In this document: piece after piece, positions 18,875-29,973 of the stretch | Numbering within the stretch: the first letter of the stretch is position 1 | How the letters are laid out: the number at the start of each line of letters is the position of its first letter | NCBI GenBank assembly: GCA_963737155.1 | Contig: CAVTRN010000002.1 | Span: 1,248,001-1,312,000, forward strand | Source: Nitrospirota bacterium | GTDB lineage: Bacteria; Nitrospirota; UBA9217 | Length of the DNA: 64,000 nt | Direction of reading: 5' to 3' | Translations under genes and position numbers: made by a program | The notes under the pieces: model-generated | What the model saw: only the letters and a program-made list of their open reading frames with translations | The model's database searches: none | What the model was told of the DNA's origin: nothing

Positions 18875-19329
18875 AGAAATCTTTATCCTTATTCGTCGTT
18901 CTAGCGGCCGCACCCTTGCTGATGGCTGCAATCTGGATGGACAATCAGCAAACATATAAGCCGTATGAAGCACCGGTACTTTATCCGCCTACCGGTTCTG
19001 TGCCCATTTCCGGAAAAGAGCTTGTTTCGCAAGAGTCAGAGTTGCGAAATGCCATTGCTCCCACAGCAGCATCCGTGGCTCAAGGCAAGACGCTTTTTGA
19101 AATCAACTGTCAAATATGCCACGGCCAAACTTCGGCGGAACGCGGACCGGTCGGGAAGAAACTTGTTCCGCCGCCGCCCGGCCTCGACCATGACATGGTG
19201 CATGGTTTGAGCGACTCAACTATTTTCAAAGTAATCACCTTCGGATTTGGCCGCATGCCTGCTTTCAAGGACAAACTTCTGCCGGAAGAGCGGTGGAACT
19301 TGGTTAATTTCCTGAGGACCCGCAAATAA
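18871..19329 (+). CDS. Monoheme cytochrome c (ActE-like)
   Basis: Signal peptide; MDNQ...YE, CQICHG, GFGRMP, ERWNLV. Confidence 0.85.
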   Translation: MKKSLSLFVVLAAAPLLMAAIWMDNQQTYKPYEAPVLYPPTGSVPISGKELVSQESELRNAIAPTAASVAQGKTLFEINCQICHGQTSAERGPVGKKLVPPPPGLDHDMVHGLSDSTIFKVITFGFGRMPAFKDKLLPEERWNLVNFLRTRK

Positions 19330-19397
19330 AAACTTCATGACCGCATCTGACTCGTTGTGCATCCTGTTCTCCGAACCATAAATGGGACATTCATCTT

Positions 19398-20777
19398 ATG
19401 CCTTACTCCTACGACGTCATAATAATCGGTACAGGGCCTGCGGGAATATTTGCTGCCCTCGAACTTGTCAAGAAGGACAACCTCAAAGTTCTGATGATCG
19501 AAAAGGGCAGCGACCTTGAGCATCGGGCCTGCCCCATGGTCGAATCGTCCGGCCCCTGCATGCAGTGTGGGCTTTGCAGCATCCTCTGCGGCTGGGGTGG
19601 CGCAGGTGCATATAGCGACGGCAAACTCACACTCACCTCGGACTTCGGGGGCAGGCTCAAGGAATATCTCACTTCGGAAGAGCTTTTATCATCAATCGAA
19701 TACGTTGATTCAATTTACCGTTCCTTCGGTGCCGGAGGCGATGTGCACGGTGAAAACAGCGAAGCAGTGTCACAACTCAAGAAAAAGGCGGCAGGGTACA
19801 ATCTCGAACTCATCCCGGCGCGAATCAGGCATATTGGCACAGACCTTTGCAGGGAGGTGTTGAAGAATCTCAAGGACGAGTTGAGCGGGAAGGTGGATTT
19901 TATTTTCAACCATGCAGTGCAACAAATCATGACGAATGCTGGCACGGTTTCGGGTGTAATCACTGACGACGGTAACCGATATGAAGCAAAATATGTCGTT
20001 GTGGCTGCTGGCAGAGAAGGGTCGGCCTGGCTTTCTCAGGAGGCAAAACGGCTCAATCTTTCGCTCCAGAAGAATCCTGTGGACATAGGAGTGCGTGTTG
20101 AGTTGAAAGCATCGATCATGAAAGAGATCACAGATATTGCCTACGAGGGGAAGTTTATTTACTATTCAAGGCGTTTTCGCGACCGGGTGCGGACATTCTG
20201 CATGAATCCTTATGGCGAGGTCGTGAAGGAAGTCAGCGAAGGCATAGGCAGCGTGAACGGCCATAGCTACAAGAATCAGAAAACGGAGAATACAAATTTC
20301 GCTCTTCTGGTGAGCACGGATTTCACAGAACCCTTTAACGATCCTATATCGTATGGTAAATATATTGCTGGTCTCGCGAATCTCCTGGGCAAGGGAGTAA
20401 TTGTCCAACGGCTTGGAGATTTAAAAATGGGAAGGAGGTCTACGCCTGAAAGGATAGCCGAAGGATCAGTCAGCCCTACTTTGAAGGACGCGACACCGGG
20501 TGACCTGAGTTTTGTATTGCCATACAGGCATCTGCATAATATTACTGAAATGCTCGAAGCACTTGATAATGTTGCGCCAGGTGTTAATTCCGGGGACACG
20601 TTGCTTTATGGTGTTGAGGTGAAGTTTTATTCAGTGAAGCTCAAGCTGACTTCTAGCCTTGAGACAGAAGTGAAGAACCTCTATGCAATCGGTGATGGCG
20701 TTGGGGTCACGCGGGGACTGATTCAGGCTTCCATCTCCGGGGTGATGGCTGGGAGAGAGGTTTTGAGAAAACGATAA
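19398..20777 (+). CDS. Uncharacterised FAD/NAD(P)-dependent oxidoreductase
   Basis: GTGPAG Rossmann motif, Cys cluster, GWGGAGAYSDGKL, VRTFCMNP, VNGHS, GVEVKFYS. Confidence 0.85.
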   Translation: MPYSYDVIIIGTGPAGIFAALELVKKDNLKVLMIEKGSDLEHRACPMVESSGPCMQCGLCSILCGWGGAGAYSDGKLTLTSDFGGRLKEYLTSEELLSSIEYVDSIYRSFGAGGDVHGENSEAVSQLKKKAAGYNLELIPARIRHIGTDLCREVLKNLKDELSGKVDFIFNHAVQQIMTNAGTVSGVITDDGNRYEAKYVVVAAGREGSAWLSQEAKRLNLSLQKNPVDIGVRVELKASIMKEITDIAYEGKFIYYSRRFRDRVRTFCMNPYGEVVKEVSEGIGSVNGHSYKNQKTENTNFALLVSTDFTEPFNDPISYGKYIAGLANLLGKGVIVQRLGDLKMGRRSTPERIAEGSVSPTLKDATPGDLSFVLPYRHLHNITEMLEALDNVAPGVNSGDTLLYGVEVKFYSVKLKLTSSLETEVKNLYAIGDGVGVTRGLIQASISGVMAGREVLRKR

Positions 20778-20921
20778 TAGGGCATCATTACACTAAAAAC
20801 AGCGCGTTTCTGCTTTTGACATCATTCGTGCTAGTCTGGAACCATTTTTATTTTCTGAAGAGTGTACAACAACTTGATTTCGGACAATCCGGGATAAAGC
20901 CTTTCTTCGAATCATTACCAT

Positions 20922-21100
20922 TCAACAGAAAGCCGCAAGGGACGCCTGCCTGATCTGCGCGTCGGTCTGTTCCTTTTCTCTCAAATTATTAAGAAACTGC
21001 ACAGAACTTTTTTATTACTCCGACAGCATTTGTGGTAGAAATCTAAATAATAACGAAGCCTTTTTTTGTTGAACAATGTGCCGTGCATTCCTCAAGCCCA
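20922..21100 (-). pseudogene. Probable N-terminal fragment of a long-form integron integrase
   Basis: Minus strand gives KRLRYYLDFYHK and, after a frameshift, SVQFLNNLREKEQTDAQIRQASLA; resembles the KWLRYYLDFCxKY...FxxKLxEKxQ...QA extension recalled from deltaproteobacterial IntI proteins. Confidence 0.5.
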
Positions 21101-21702
21101 AGGACGAAGCGCCAGGAGGAGGCTAAACGGACCGATTTGCGTCACCGTTGCAGATTTTCGATGCCAGAGGCCCAATAGCAATATTCTCTCCCTAAGAACA
21201 CGTTTAATTATGTGATAAATTTTATTTTATAATAGTATGACGCGGAATTAAATTTTCAGGGCTTCTCCGTTAGAAAATAGAATGAGAAACACCCACAATG
21301 GTTAGTTGCGATCGGCTAATTTATCATGCCACGCTCTCAAGACCTCAGTATTACATGTATTGGAATCACGCCCGGTCTTTATATCCAACCACCGCTACAT
21401 TCGCGCAAGCGATTTAGTGAGGGGAGAGTTCATATCCTTTGCTGCCTATTCAAGTATGTGATATCTACAAGACCGTTCCTTCTATCCCTTATAATTCCGA
21501 TTGTATTCTCACTACCATTGGGGGCATTTTCTACTTTTTTCGTATGATATCGCCAAGCGTTTTGCACTAGATTCCGAACTTTCAGGTTTGCTGGCCGGCA
21601 AGATAAGAACATTAATGTCAACGTTCTCCTCTCGTTGCTTTTCCCCGGGATTGATTGTATAATATCCTTCGTATTGAGAACATCGCTGCAGGAAAGGAAT
21701 TC

Positions 21703-22905
21703 ATGTTAGAACGCATTCAGAAAATTATATCAGCCGCGGGCATTACGTCGCGCCGTGCCGCGGAGCAGCTCATATCCGAAGGCAGGGTGCGTTTAAACGG
21801 CCAAGTGGTGACGGAACTGGGCACCAAGGCCGACGCCGCGAAAGATCATATCAAGGTCGATGGAAAGCTCATCAACCCCCGGCAGCCTCTGACATATGTC
21901 ATGCTAAATAAACCCGCGGGTTTTGTTACTACCATGGCCGACCCCGAGAAAAGACCGACGGTGCTCAGTCTGCTAAAAGGTATCAAGATCCGCGTCTATC
22001 CCGTAGGACGCTTGGATTACAACACGGAAGGGTTGCTACTGCTCACGAATGACGGCAACTTTGCTCACCTCATCACCCATCCCAAACATGAGTTTCCCAA
22101 GACCTACCGGGCAAAGGTCAAGGGCGTTCTCGACGACCGTCAGATCAGCGAGCTCGAGAATGGGATTCACCTGGATGACGGGATGACGGCTCCGGCGAAG
22201 CTCAAAAAACTCAGCAAAGAAGAAGCGAACTCATGGCTGGAGATCACAATCCATGAGGGAAGAAAGCGCCAGGTTCGGCGCATGTTTGATCGCGTAGGCC
22301 ATTCGGTTATCAAACTGAAGCGGATCAGGACTGGCAATCTGATGCTCGGTGATCTGCCCGAAGGAGCGTTTCGCTATCTGACTCCCGCAGAGGTTAATGC
22401 GTTGAAAGAACTTGCTGTGAAAGAAAAGAAGGTGGAAGTCAGAAGCTCGAAGCTGGGGGCAAAAAAGCAGCACAGAGACGATAGGCAGAGCATGCCGAAG
22501 GAGAAATCCAGCGTGCGGACGGATCAGGTGACAGACATCGTCCGCAGGCCAGAGGAAAGAAAGCCACGGCCTGGAGAAGTGTTTGCGAAGCCCGGCTGGG
22601 GTTCGAAACAGGAAGGTCGACGACAGGTCCGGATGGATAGGATCCCGGGGCAGGGAGCCAGTGGAAGAGGTCCGAGGCGGTCTCCGAGGGAGGAAGGACA
22701 TAAACGAGCGCCGGGAATCACTGGCGGCCAGTTTCAGGACCGGGTGGCCGCAAAGCCGAACTCGGCTGGCTCGAAGAAAGCCGGAGCTCCGAACCAGAGG
22801 CAGCAGCGGACCTTCGAAAGGTCCGGCGCAGAGAAGTCACCGGACGCCAGGAGACGCAGATCCCAGTCTTCGGGAACCAGGCCTCGGCGGCCGACAAGAT
22901 CGTGA
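21703..22905 (+). CDS. rluB: 23S rRNA pseudouridine synthase RluB with long basic C-terminal tail
   Basis: S4 domain ERIQKII...SRRAAE, NKPAG, VGRLDYNTEGLLLLTNDG, EGRKRQVRRM; AAGGA RBS. Confidence 0.88.
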   Translation: MLERIQKIISAAGITSRRAAEQLISEGRVRLNGQVVTELGTKADAAKDHIKVDGKLINPRQPLTYVMLNKPAGFVTTMADPEKRPTVLSLLKGIKIRVYPVGRLDYNTEGLLLLTNDGNFAHLITHPKHEFPKTYRAKVKGVLDDRQISELENGIHLDDGMTAPAKLKKLSKEEANSWLEITIHEGRKRQVRRMFDRVGHSVIKLKRIRTGNLMLGDLPEGAFRYLTPAEVNALKELAVKEKKVEVRSSKLGAKKQHRDDRQSMPKEKSSVRTDQVTDIVRRPEERKPRPGEVFAKPGWGSKQEGRRQVRMDRIPGQGASGRGPRRSPREEGHKRAPGITGGQFQDRVAAKPNSAGSKKAGAPNQRQQRTFERSGAEKSPDARRRRSQSSGTRPRRPTRS

Positions 22906-22963
22906 GCAAAAAAAGCAATCAATACCCGATAAAATTATTTCATCCGCGGCGAGGAAAAAGAAC

Positions 22964-23254
22964 ATGGAATATCTTCGTGCCAAGGTCATTATCCATGGCA
23001 TGGTGCAGGGAGTGTTTTTTCGCGCGAGTACGAGGGACGAGGCCATCCGGGTCGGCTTAGGAGGCTGGGTCCGAAATCTTCCCGACGGCACTGTACAGGC
23101 GGTCTTCGAAGGGGAGAAGAAAAAAGTCGAGGCGATCATCAGCTGGTGCCACAAGGGACCGCCGGGAGCGCAGGTGGAAAATGTGGAAATTTTCTGGGAG
23201 CCTTACCGGCGAGAGTTTAATCACTTTGAGATCCGCTATGGTTATATCGATTAG
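22964..23254 (+). CDS. acyP: Acylphosphatase
   Basis: GMVQGVFFR, GWVRNLPDGTV, GPP; GAGG RBS. Confidence 0.93.
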   Translation: MEYLRAKVIIHGMVQGVFFRASTRDEAIRVGLGGWVRNLPDGTVQAVFEGEKKKVEAIISWCHKGPPGAQVENVEIFWEPYRREFNHFEIRYGYID

Positions 23255-23479
23255 TTGCCTCTTTCCCGGATATTCACTAACTATTCTTCCTTAGTGTGGG
23301 CACGCAAGGCCGAAAAACAGTTGAGATAAAACCTCGCCGGATCAGCGTCCACGGTTTTTCCCGTGGTGGCTAACAACGATCTTTGCTGCAGCAAAAGTGG
23401 GTGGGCTTGGCGCAATTGCAGTCGACGTCTGGAAGACAAGGCAAAGACTGCTGGCACGGGCTTTAGCACCTGCGTATTA

Positions 23480-23776
23480 TCCTTTCCTTCTGTTCGTTGT
23501 TTTTTTACTTAAGAAGTTTTTTTTGAACGCCGGTAGATGTTGTCTCCCCCTAGGATCAACGTGATGCTAGCTCCGACACCCGTCCTGTTCATGGCGGGAG
23601 AGAAAGACAAGCGATACTATCCGAAAATGGACGGCAGTTGTATGCACCAGCGGGGGAGTTTGGATCTTTGCCGGCGATGACTACGACGCACTCTTGCTGC
23701 AGGTGGCGATGCTTATGTAGAGAGGGTTGTCGGTTTTTTCGACAATTATTTAAAAAAGACAGCTGCAGAAGAATGA
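23480..23776 (+). pseudogene. Decayed alpha/beta-hydrolase C-terminal fragment
   Basis: Broken frames give LAPTPVLFMAGEKDKR, SENGRQLYA and AYVERVVGFFDNYL. Confidence 0.55.
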
Positions 23777-23915
23777 TGTTTCTGACAAAAAGCTAGGTAT
23801 CTCACTTTTAACGTCCTACCTCTCTGCTGAAAAGCATGTCTTCTTTGCCCGTTTTCAACGGAATTCCGGTCGTTTTCATTTTGACTCGGCGGCTCTTTTG
23901 CGGTAAGGTACAATC

Positions 23916-24614
23916 ATGTATGTCCTGGGCATCGAAACATCGACGAAAACAGGCAGTGTCGCGGTTCTGTCGGAAAAGGGCGTTGTCGCGCAATACAGCC
24001 TGAACATCGAAGTTACCCACTCCGAACGCTTGATGGCCACAGTAGATCGCGTACTTACCGATACGGGGATGACGATATCGCAATTGGATGGTTTTGCCGT
24101 ATCGTTTGGTCCGGGTTCCTTTACGGGTCTCCGGATTGGACTTTCGACAGTCAAGGGACTGGCGCTCGCAGTTGATAAGCCCGTGGCCGCTGTGCCGACG
24201 CTTCTCGCGCTTGCTTGGAACGTTCCCTATCCAGCCCATCCGGTATGCCCCATGCTCGATGCGAGTAAAAAAGAAGTCTACGCGGCACTTTATGTGCTTG
24301 ACGGCTCCGTCCTTCGACAGACAATGCCAGAAACGGTAATTCCTCTTCCGCTTCTCGGCAGTTGGGTTGCCGGCAAGATGATCTTCACCGGAGAGGCTGC
24401 TTACATTCACCGTGCGGAGATTGATAGGTTGTTCGGCGATCGGGTGCTCACTGCTCCGAGATCTTCAGTGTTGCCTTCAGCCGCCACGGTCGCGGAAATC
24501 GGCCTCGAAATGCTTAATAACGGCAGGCATGCCGACCCTGACAGTCTTGCGCCATTGTATATTCGCAGGCCGGAGGCAGAGATAGCTTGGGAAAAAAGAA
24601 CGCAATCGAAATAG
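23916..24614 (+). CDS. tsaB: tRNA threonylcarbamoyladenosine biosynthesis protein TsaB
   Basis: LGIETST, HSERL, GPGSFTGLRIG, PLYIR. Confidence 0.94.
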   Translation: MYVLGIETSTKTGSVAVLSEKGVVAQYSLNIEVTHSERLMATVDRVLTDTGMTISQLDGFAVSFGPGSFTGLRIGLSTVKGLALAVDKPVAAVPTLLALAWNVPYPAHPVCPMLDASKKEVYAALYVLDGSVLRQTMPETVIPLPLLGSWVAGKMIFTGEAAYIHRAEIDRLFGDRVLTAPRSSVLPSAATVAEIGLEMLNNGRHADPDSLAPLYIRRPEAEIAWEKRTQSK

Positions 24615-25081
24615 ACTTCATGAAAATGGAGGACATTGCACAGGTTCTTGATATCGAGCGAGCTTCATTCTCCATACCCTGGTCGCAAAATCTTTTTCTC
24701 TCCGAGTTCAGGAGCTCAAGTGTATCTCTGCTATTAGTAGCGCTGGCGGATACCCCGTTGCGGACGGTTGTCGGCTATATCGTATGCTGGCTCATTGCGG
24801 ACGAGATGCATATTCTGAACCTCGCCGTAGATCGGTCCTACAGGCGTCAGGGCATAGCAAAGAAACTTGTACTAGCCGCGATAAACCGCTCCCATCAGAA
24901 GGGCGGGAAACGCGGCTTCCTTGAAGTCCGATCTTCAAATACAGCGGCGCAAAAGCTTTACTCGAGTCTTGGATTTACTGGCACGTCCGTGCGGCGGGAC
25001 TATTATGATGAGCCAGTCGAGGATGCCGTAATCATGACCTTAAGGGATGGTGAGTTCGAGCATTTGGTTAAGGTTCTGTAA
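24587..25081 (+). CDS. rimI: Ribosomal protein S18 alanine N-acetyltransferase
   Basis: PWS, HILNLAV, RRQGIA, LEVRSSN, RRDYY, EDA; follows tsaB. Confidence 0.92.
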   Translation: MGKKNAIEIDFMKMEDIAQVLDIERASFSIPWSQNLFLSEFRSSSVSLLLVALADTPLRTVVGYIVCWLIADEMHILNLAVDRSYRRQGIAKKLVLAAINRSHQKGGKRGFLEVRSSNTAAQKLYSSLGFTGTSVRRDYYDEPVEDAVIMTLRDGEFEHLVKVL

Positions 25082-25229
25082 CTTGTTGTTTTGCATGAGT
25101 TTAATTACCCTTGCCTTTTAATAAGAAATGTGATATTTTTTAATTAGTTCCGAATATGTCGTAATTATCTTGTTCTTTCAGACACCTTCTCATCGACTAA
25201 AACCCCATACCATAAAGGAGGTCTGCATT

Positions 25230-25469
25230 ATGCTGAATGCGGAGGTAAGTGAAGATGTACTTGTAGAACGACTCAGGATAGAGGATCCAGAGTTCAAGAA
25301 GTGGGAAGAAGAACATCATAACCTGGAAAGCAGTCTTGCAAACATCGATTCCCATGTATATCTCTCTCCTGCGGAAGAAATAGAGCGGAAACGAATTCAG
25401 AAACTGAAACTGGCGGCAAAAGATAAAATGATGGAAATGGTCAGGCGTTACAAAGTCGGAAGGGCCTGA
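25230..25469 (+). CDS. DUF465/YdcH-family small coiled-coil protein
   Basis: EFKKWEEEHHNL...IQKLKLAAKDKM; AAGGAGG RBS. Confidence 0.75.
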   Translation: MLNAEVSEDVLVERLRIEDPEFKKWEEEHHNLESSLANIDSHVYLSPAEEIERKRIQKLKLAAKDKMMEMVRRYKVGRA

Positions 25470-25529
25470 TGAGGTTAAGGCAAGGTCAACATACCTTGCC
25501 TTTTATGTTTTAAAAAACGCTAAACAGCG

Positions 25530-25568
25530 AATCCCTCTTTACTGAGAGAAGTAGAGAGGGATTTTTTT
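25530..25568 (+). terminator. Rho-independent terminator
   Basis: AATCCCTCTTTACT-loop-AGTAGAGAGGGATT followed by a T-run; a second hairpin AAGGCAAGGT/ACCTTGCCTT lies at about 25477-25504. Confidence 0.6.
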
Positions 25569-25609
25569 ATTGACTAAAATCACCTATCTATGTTAAAAAT
25601 AATGACATT

Positions 25610-25720
25610 CGGCTCGTAAAAAATTCATTTGCTGCCTGTGCAGCATTCTTTCTCAGTGTGGCGTACCCCTGCGTACGCCACATTCGTCTGGACTGAAGTT
25701 TCATTCCTCGAACTTATTCG
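25610..25720. repeat. Degenerate MITE-like repeat with internal hairpin
   Basis: Perfect 10-bp stem TGTGGCGTAC/GTACGCCACA (25657-25682) preceded by CTCGTAAAAA; resembles small repeats recalled from deltaproteobacterial genomes. Confidence 0.35.
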
Positions 25721-25754
25721 GGTGCCGCTGAGAGCAATATAAAGGAGTAATACA

Positions 25755-27404
25755 GTGCGGAGCGACAGAATCAAAAAAGGCTTGGAGCGCGCGGGCCACA
25801 GGTCTCTTTTATTCGCAACGGGCATCACGAGAAGTGAGCTTATAAAGCCCATGATCGGGATTGCCACCAGTTTCACGGACTTGATTCCCGGCCATATCGG
25901 CATGCGTGATCTGGAGCGATTCATCGAGAAGGGCGTTCACACTGGCGGCGGCTGGCCGTTGTTTTTCGGTCTTCCCGGCATCTGCGACGGGATTGCAATG
26001 GGACACCTGGGTATGCACTATTCTCTTCCATCACGGGAGTTAATTGCCGATATTGTGGAATCTATAGCTACGGCCCACGCCTTTGACGGCCTTGTCCTGC
26101 TAACGAACTGCGACAAGATAACGCCGGGCATGCTGATGGCCGCGGCGCGGCTTGATATTCCAGCCATTGTCGTTACCGCGGGTCCCATGCATTCCGGCAA
26201 TTTCCGGGGTCAGCGGGTCAATCTGATCACCGCGTTTGAGGCCGTAGGCAAGGTAAGGAAGGGCGAAATGTCCGAGACCGACTTGGCCGAGCTTGAAGTT
26301 TGCGCCTGCCCGGGGCCGGGTTCGTGCCAGGGAATGTATACGGCCAACACCATGTCTTGCATCACTGAATCGCTCGGCATGAGCCTCCCGGGATGCGCAA
26401 CAGCGCTTGCCATCTCCGGGGAGAAGCGGCGGATAGCGTTCGAGAGCGGAAAACGCATCGTCGGCATGGTAAAGGAAAATCTTACGCCACGGAAAATCAT
26501 GACAAAGAATGCCTTCGAAAACGCTATTCGTATTGATATGGCACTCGGCGGTTCGACCAATACGACGCTTCATATTCCGGCGATTGCATATGAGACGGGG
26601 ATAGAATTATCGATGAATATATTCGATAAGATCAGCCGCTCGACGCCTCATATCTGCAATATGCTGCCCGGTGGGAACCACTACCTCGAAGATCTCGACG
26701 CTGCGGGCGGCATCCCCGGCGTGATGTCACGCTTCGCCAATGTGCTGAAGAAATCACCTACTGTGAGCGGTAGGTCTATTGTTGAGCTTGCCAAAAACGG
26801 CCACGTTCGGAACGTAGACGTGATCAGGACGCTTGAAAATGCATACCATAAAGAAGGCGGCATTGCAGTGCTTACCGGCAACCTCGCGCCGAACGGTTCA
26901 GTGGTGAAGCAGACCGCGGTGAGCAGCGAGATGATGAAGTTCGAGGGAACCGCCATCGTGTTTGATTCAGAGGAAGAGGCCATGACGGCTATCTTGAACA
27001 AAAAGATCAAGGCCGGCCATGTCATTGTGATCCGCTATGAGGGACCCAAGGGAGGGCCGGGCATGCGTGAAATGCTCTCGCCTACCTCGGCCATATCGGG
27101 GATGGGTCTCGGCGAGTCGGTTGTCCTCCTGACTGACGGCAGATTCTCGGGAGGAACGCGTGGTCCCTGTATCGGCCATATTTCGCCCGAAGCTGCGGAA
27201 GGCGGTCCCATTGCGGCCGTGCGGAATGGAGACAGAATTGTTCTCGACATACCGAACCGCAAACTGGAAGTCAAATTGTCCCAAACTGAAATCAAGAAGC
27301 GCCTTGCGAAGTGGAAACCCCGGGATCCGAAGATCAAGACTGGCTGGCTGGCGCGGTATGCCAGGGTCGTGACCTCTGCAAACACGGGGGCGATCGTAAA
27401 ATAG
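25755..27404 (+). CDS. ilvD: Dihydroxy-acid dehydratase
   Basis: [51 protein letters not shown]. Confidence 0.97.
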   Translation: MRSDRIKKGLERAGHRSLLFATGITRSELIKPMIGIATSFTDLIPGHIGMRDLERFIEKGVHTGGGWPLFFGLPGICDGIAMGHLGMHYSLPSRELIADIVESIATAHAFDGLVLLTNCDKITPGMLMAAARLDIPAIVVTAGPMHSGNFRGQRVNLITAFEAVGKVRKGEMSETDLAELEVCACPGPGSCQGMYTANTMSCITESLGMSLPGCATALAISGEKRRIAFESGKRIVGMVKENLTPRKIMTKNAFENAIRIDMALGGSTNTTLHIPAIAYETGIELSMNIFDKISRSTPHICNMLPGGNHYLEDLDAAGGIPGVMSRFANVLKKSPTVSGRSIVELAKNGHVRNVDVIRTLENAYHKEGGIAVLTGNLAPNGSVVKQTAVSSEMMKFEGTAIVFDSEEEAMTAILNKKIKAGHVIVIRYEGPKGGPGMREMLSPTSAISGMGLGESVVLLTDGRFSGGTRGPCIGHISPEAAEGGPIAAVRNGDRIVLDIPNRKLEVKLSQTEIKKRLAKWKPRDPKIKTGWLARYARVVTSANTGAIVK

Positions 27405-27642
27405 AATAACTGCGCATCTGCAATCGTATGGTCTTGAAAAAATTTGAATTTATTTAATGCCATTCCGGCCGGTGCAGAATTGTACTGTAGTGGAGCATCA
27501 TCAGGTGCAATGAGTCCGTACACGCTGAAATAATTTCAAAACGTGGCGCTCATTTTTTACCGATGCAGCCGATTCGGATTTTAGGATTCATTCGTTGTTG
27601 TGTTTTTTGGATTTTGAATTTCATGATAAGACAGGTGCTCTT

Positions 27643-29382
27643 ATGACTACCAAACAAATTACTGGTGCTGAGATATTTCTCGAATGCCTGAAAAAGGAGA
27701 AGGTTGACACCCTTTTCTGCTATCCCGGCGGCGTTGTGCTCAAAATTTTCGACGTACTTTATGATCAAAAAGATGTCCGTATTATTCTTCCGCGCCATGA
27801 ACAAGGCGGGGTGCATATGGCCGACGGGTATGCGCGTTCAACGGGCAAGACGGGTGTGGCCCTCGTTACCTCCGGTCCCGGTGCCACGAACGTCGTCACC
27901 GCTCTTGCCACTGCCTACATGGACTCCATCCCGATCGTTGTCTTTACGGGTCAAGTGCCGACGGCGTTGATCGGCAACGATGCCTTTCAGGAAGCGGACA
28001 TTGTCGGGATAACCCGTCCCTGCACCAAGTATAATTTCTTGGTGAAGGATGTTAACGACCTCGCTAGAACAATCAAAGAGGCTTTCTACATTGCGTCAAC
28101 GGGACGGCCGGGCCCGGTGCTGGTCGACCTCCCTCGCGACGTAGTGACGAATAAGGCGGAGTTCCATTATCCCGAGAAGGTAGAAATCCGGAGCTATAAT
28201 CCGACGGTCACAGGCAACAAGTGGCAGATTAAACAGGCAGCTGAAGCGATCGCAAAAGCGAAGAAACCGGTGGCTTATATTGGCGGCGGTGTCATTCTCT
28301 CGAACGCGTCAGCAGAAATCTTCGAGTTCGTCGAGATAACGAAGATCCCGGTAACCCATACGCTCATGGGCATCGGCGGTTTCCCGGGGACTCATCCGCT
28401 TTCGCTCGGGATGCTCGGCATGCATGGTACATATTATGCCAATATGTCGATTCACAACTCCGACCTGATCATTGCCATAGGAGCCCGATTCGACGACCGC
28501 GTTACCGGCAAGGTGGAAGGGTTTGCGCCAGAGGCCAAGATCATTCACATTGACATCGACCCCACATCCATCAGAAAAAACGTTCGCGTTGACATCCCGA
28601 TCGTGGGCGATGTGAAACACGTGATGGCCGATCTCAACAAAGAACTCCGCCATATCAAGGAACCCTGGGACGCTATTCGAAAAAACTGGCTCAAACAAAT
28701 TGAAGCGTGGCGTGAGGAACGGCCGCTCACCTATGAATTTGCTGATGATGTTATCAAACCCCAGTTCGTGGTCGAAAAGCTTTACGAGATCACCGGTGGA
28801 AACGCCATTATTGTCACCGATGTGGGGCAGCACCAGATGTGGGCCGCGCAATATTATAAATTCGACAAGCCGAGGAACTGGTGTACCTCAGGGGGTCTCG
28901 GTACCATGGGTTACGGATTTCCGGCCGCTATCGGCGCGAAAGTGGCCCACCCCGACCGGGAAGTGTTCAGTATTTCTGGAGACGGCAGTATCCAGATGAA
29001 TATCCAAGAGCTTGCCACGACAATGGAGAACAATATCCCGGTGAAAGTCGTCATTCTGAACAACCGTTATCTCGGCATGGTGAGACAGTGGCAGGAGTTG
29101 TTCTACGCGGAACGCTACTCATCTGTTGATCTCGGTAGCACGCCTGACTTTGTGAAGCTTGCAGAAGCATATGGCGCAATAGGCCTGCGGGCGATGAAGC
29201 CTGTGGAAGTGGAGCCGGTGCTTAAAGAAGCCCTCAAGGCGAAAAGGACCGTGTTTATGGACTTCGTGACCGCTCGGTACGAAAAGGTTTACCCCATGGT
29301 GCCGGCGGGCGCGTCCATTCATGAAATGATCTTCGGAGAAGAAAAGAAAAAGGAAGACAAGAAACTGAAAGTAGTGAGGTAA
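27643..29382 (+). CDS. ilvB: Acetolactate synthase large subunit
   Basis: [38 protein letters not shown]. Confidence 0.96.
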   Translation: MTTKQITGAEIFLECLKKEKVDTLFCYPGGVVLKIFDVLYDQKDVRIILPRHEQGGVHMADGYARSTGKTGVALVTSGPGATNVVTALATAYMDSIPIVVFTGQVPTALIGNDAFQEADIVGITRPCTKYNFLVKDVNDLARTIKEAFYIASTGRPGPVLVDLPRDVVTNKAEFHYPEKVEIRSYNPTVTGNKWQIKQAAEAIAKAKKPVAYIGGGVILSNASAEIFEFVEITKIPVTHTLMGIGGFPGTHPLSLGMLGMHGTYYANMSIHNSDLIIAIGARFDDRVTGKVEGFAPEAKIIHIDIDPTSIRKNVRVDIPIVGDVKHVMADLNKELRHIKEPWDAIRKNWLKQIEAWREERPLTYEFADDVIKPQFVVEKLYEITGGNAIIVTDVGQHQMWAAQYYKFDKPRNWCTSGGLGTMGYGFPAAIGAKVAHPDREVFSISGDGSIQMNIQELATTMENNIPVKVVILNNRYLGMVRQWQELFYAERYSSVDLGSTPDFVKLAEAYGAIGLRAMKPVEVEPVLKEALKAKRTVFMDFVTARYEKVYPMVPAGASIHEMIFGEEKKKEDKKLKVVR

Positions 29383-29399
29383 ACTTTACGAGAATTTGT

Positions 29400-29475
29400 A
29401 ACCACAGATGAGCATGGTAATTGTGAGAAGTGTGCGTTTTTTTTAAAATATTTTAAACCGTACTCATACGTGGTT
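29400..29475. repeat. Imperfect intergenic inverted repeat
   Basis: AACCACAGATGAGCATGG ... CCGTACTCATACGTGGTT, 14 of 18 positions complementary. Confidence 0.5.
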
Positions 29476-29492
29476 ACCATCGAGGGTGGCCC

Positions 29493-29966
29493 ATGCAACA
29501 TATCATATCAGTGCTTGTTGAAAACAAATTCGGAGTGCTGTCGCGAGTCTCAGGGCTCTTTAGCGGCAGGGGATTCAACATCGAGACCATTTCAATCGGC
29601 CCGACGCTGGACCCCACGATCTCGCAAATGACGATTGTGACCACGGGCGACGAGCGCATTCTGGAGCAGATCCTAAAGCAGCTCAACAAACTTATCGACG
29701 TTGTCAAAGTGACTGACCTTGCGGAGAAAGAATACGTCGAGCGCGAGATGTGTCTCATTAAAATAAACGCGCCGATCGAGCACCGCGCTGAGGCGCTCCG
29801 AATAGCCGATATTTTCCGCGCCCGCGTAGTCGACTCATCGCAGAAAAGCTACACGTTCCAGGTGACCGGCGATGAAAAGAAGATCGAAGCATTCATCGAA
29901 CTGTTGAGGCCTATTGGCATCAAGGAAGTTGTGAGGACCGGAAAAGTCGCTATCCCCAGGGAGTAA
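29493..29966 (+). CDS. ilvN: Acetolactate synthase small regulatory subunit
   Basis: ACT domain VENKFGVLSRVSGLFSGRGFNI, KQLNKL, EVVRTG. Confidence 0.95.
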   Translation: MQHIISVLVENKFGVLSRVSGLFSGRGFNIETISIGPTLDPTISQMTIVTTGDERILEQILKQLNKLIDVVKVTDLAEKEYVEREMCLIKINAPIEHRAEALRIADIFRARVVDSSQKSYTFQVTGDEKKIEAFIELLRPIGIKEVVRTGKVAIPRE

Positions 29967-29973
29967 ATGCCAA

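Noticed and set aside
22583-22963. Long N-terminal extension of acylphosphatase
   Set aside because: Overlaps rluB; an RBS and ATG at 22964 give a normal-sized enzyme
27570-27625. Short heptamer-like repeats (CGGATTT, TGGATTT, TGAATTT)
   Set aside because: Too few and too degenerate to define an element
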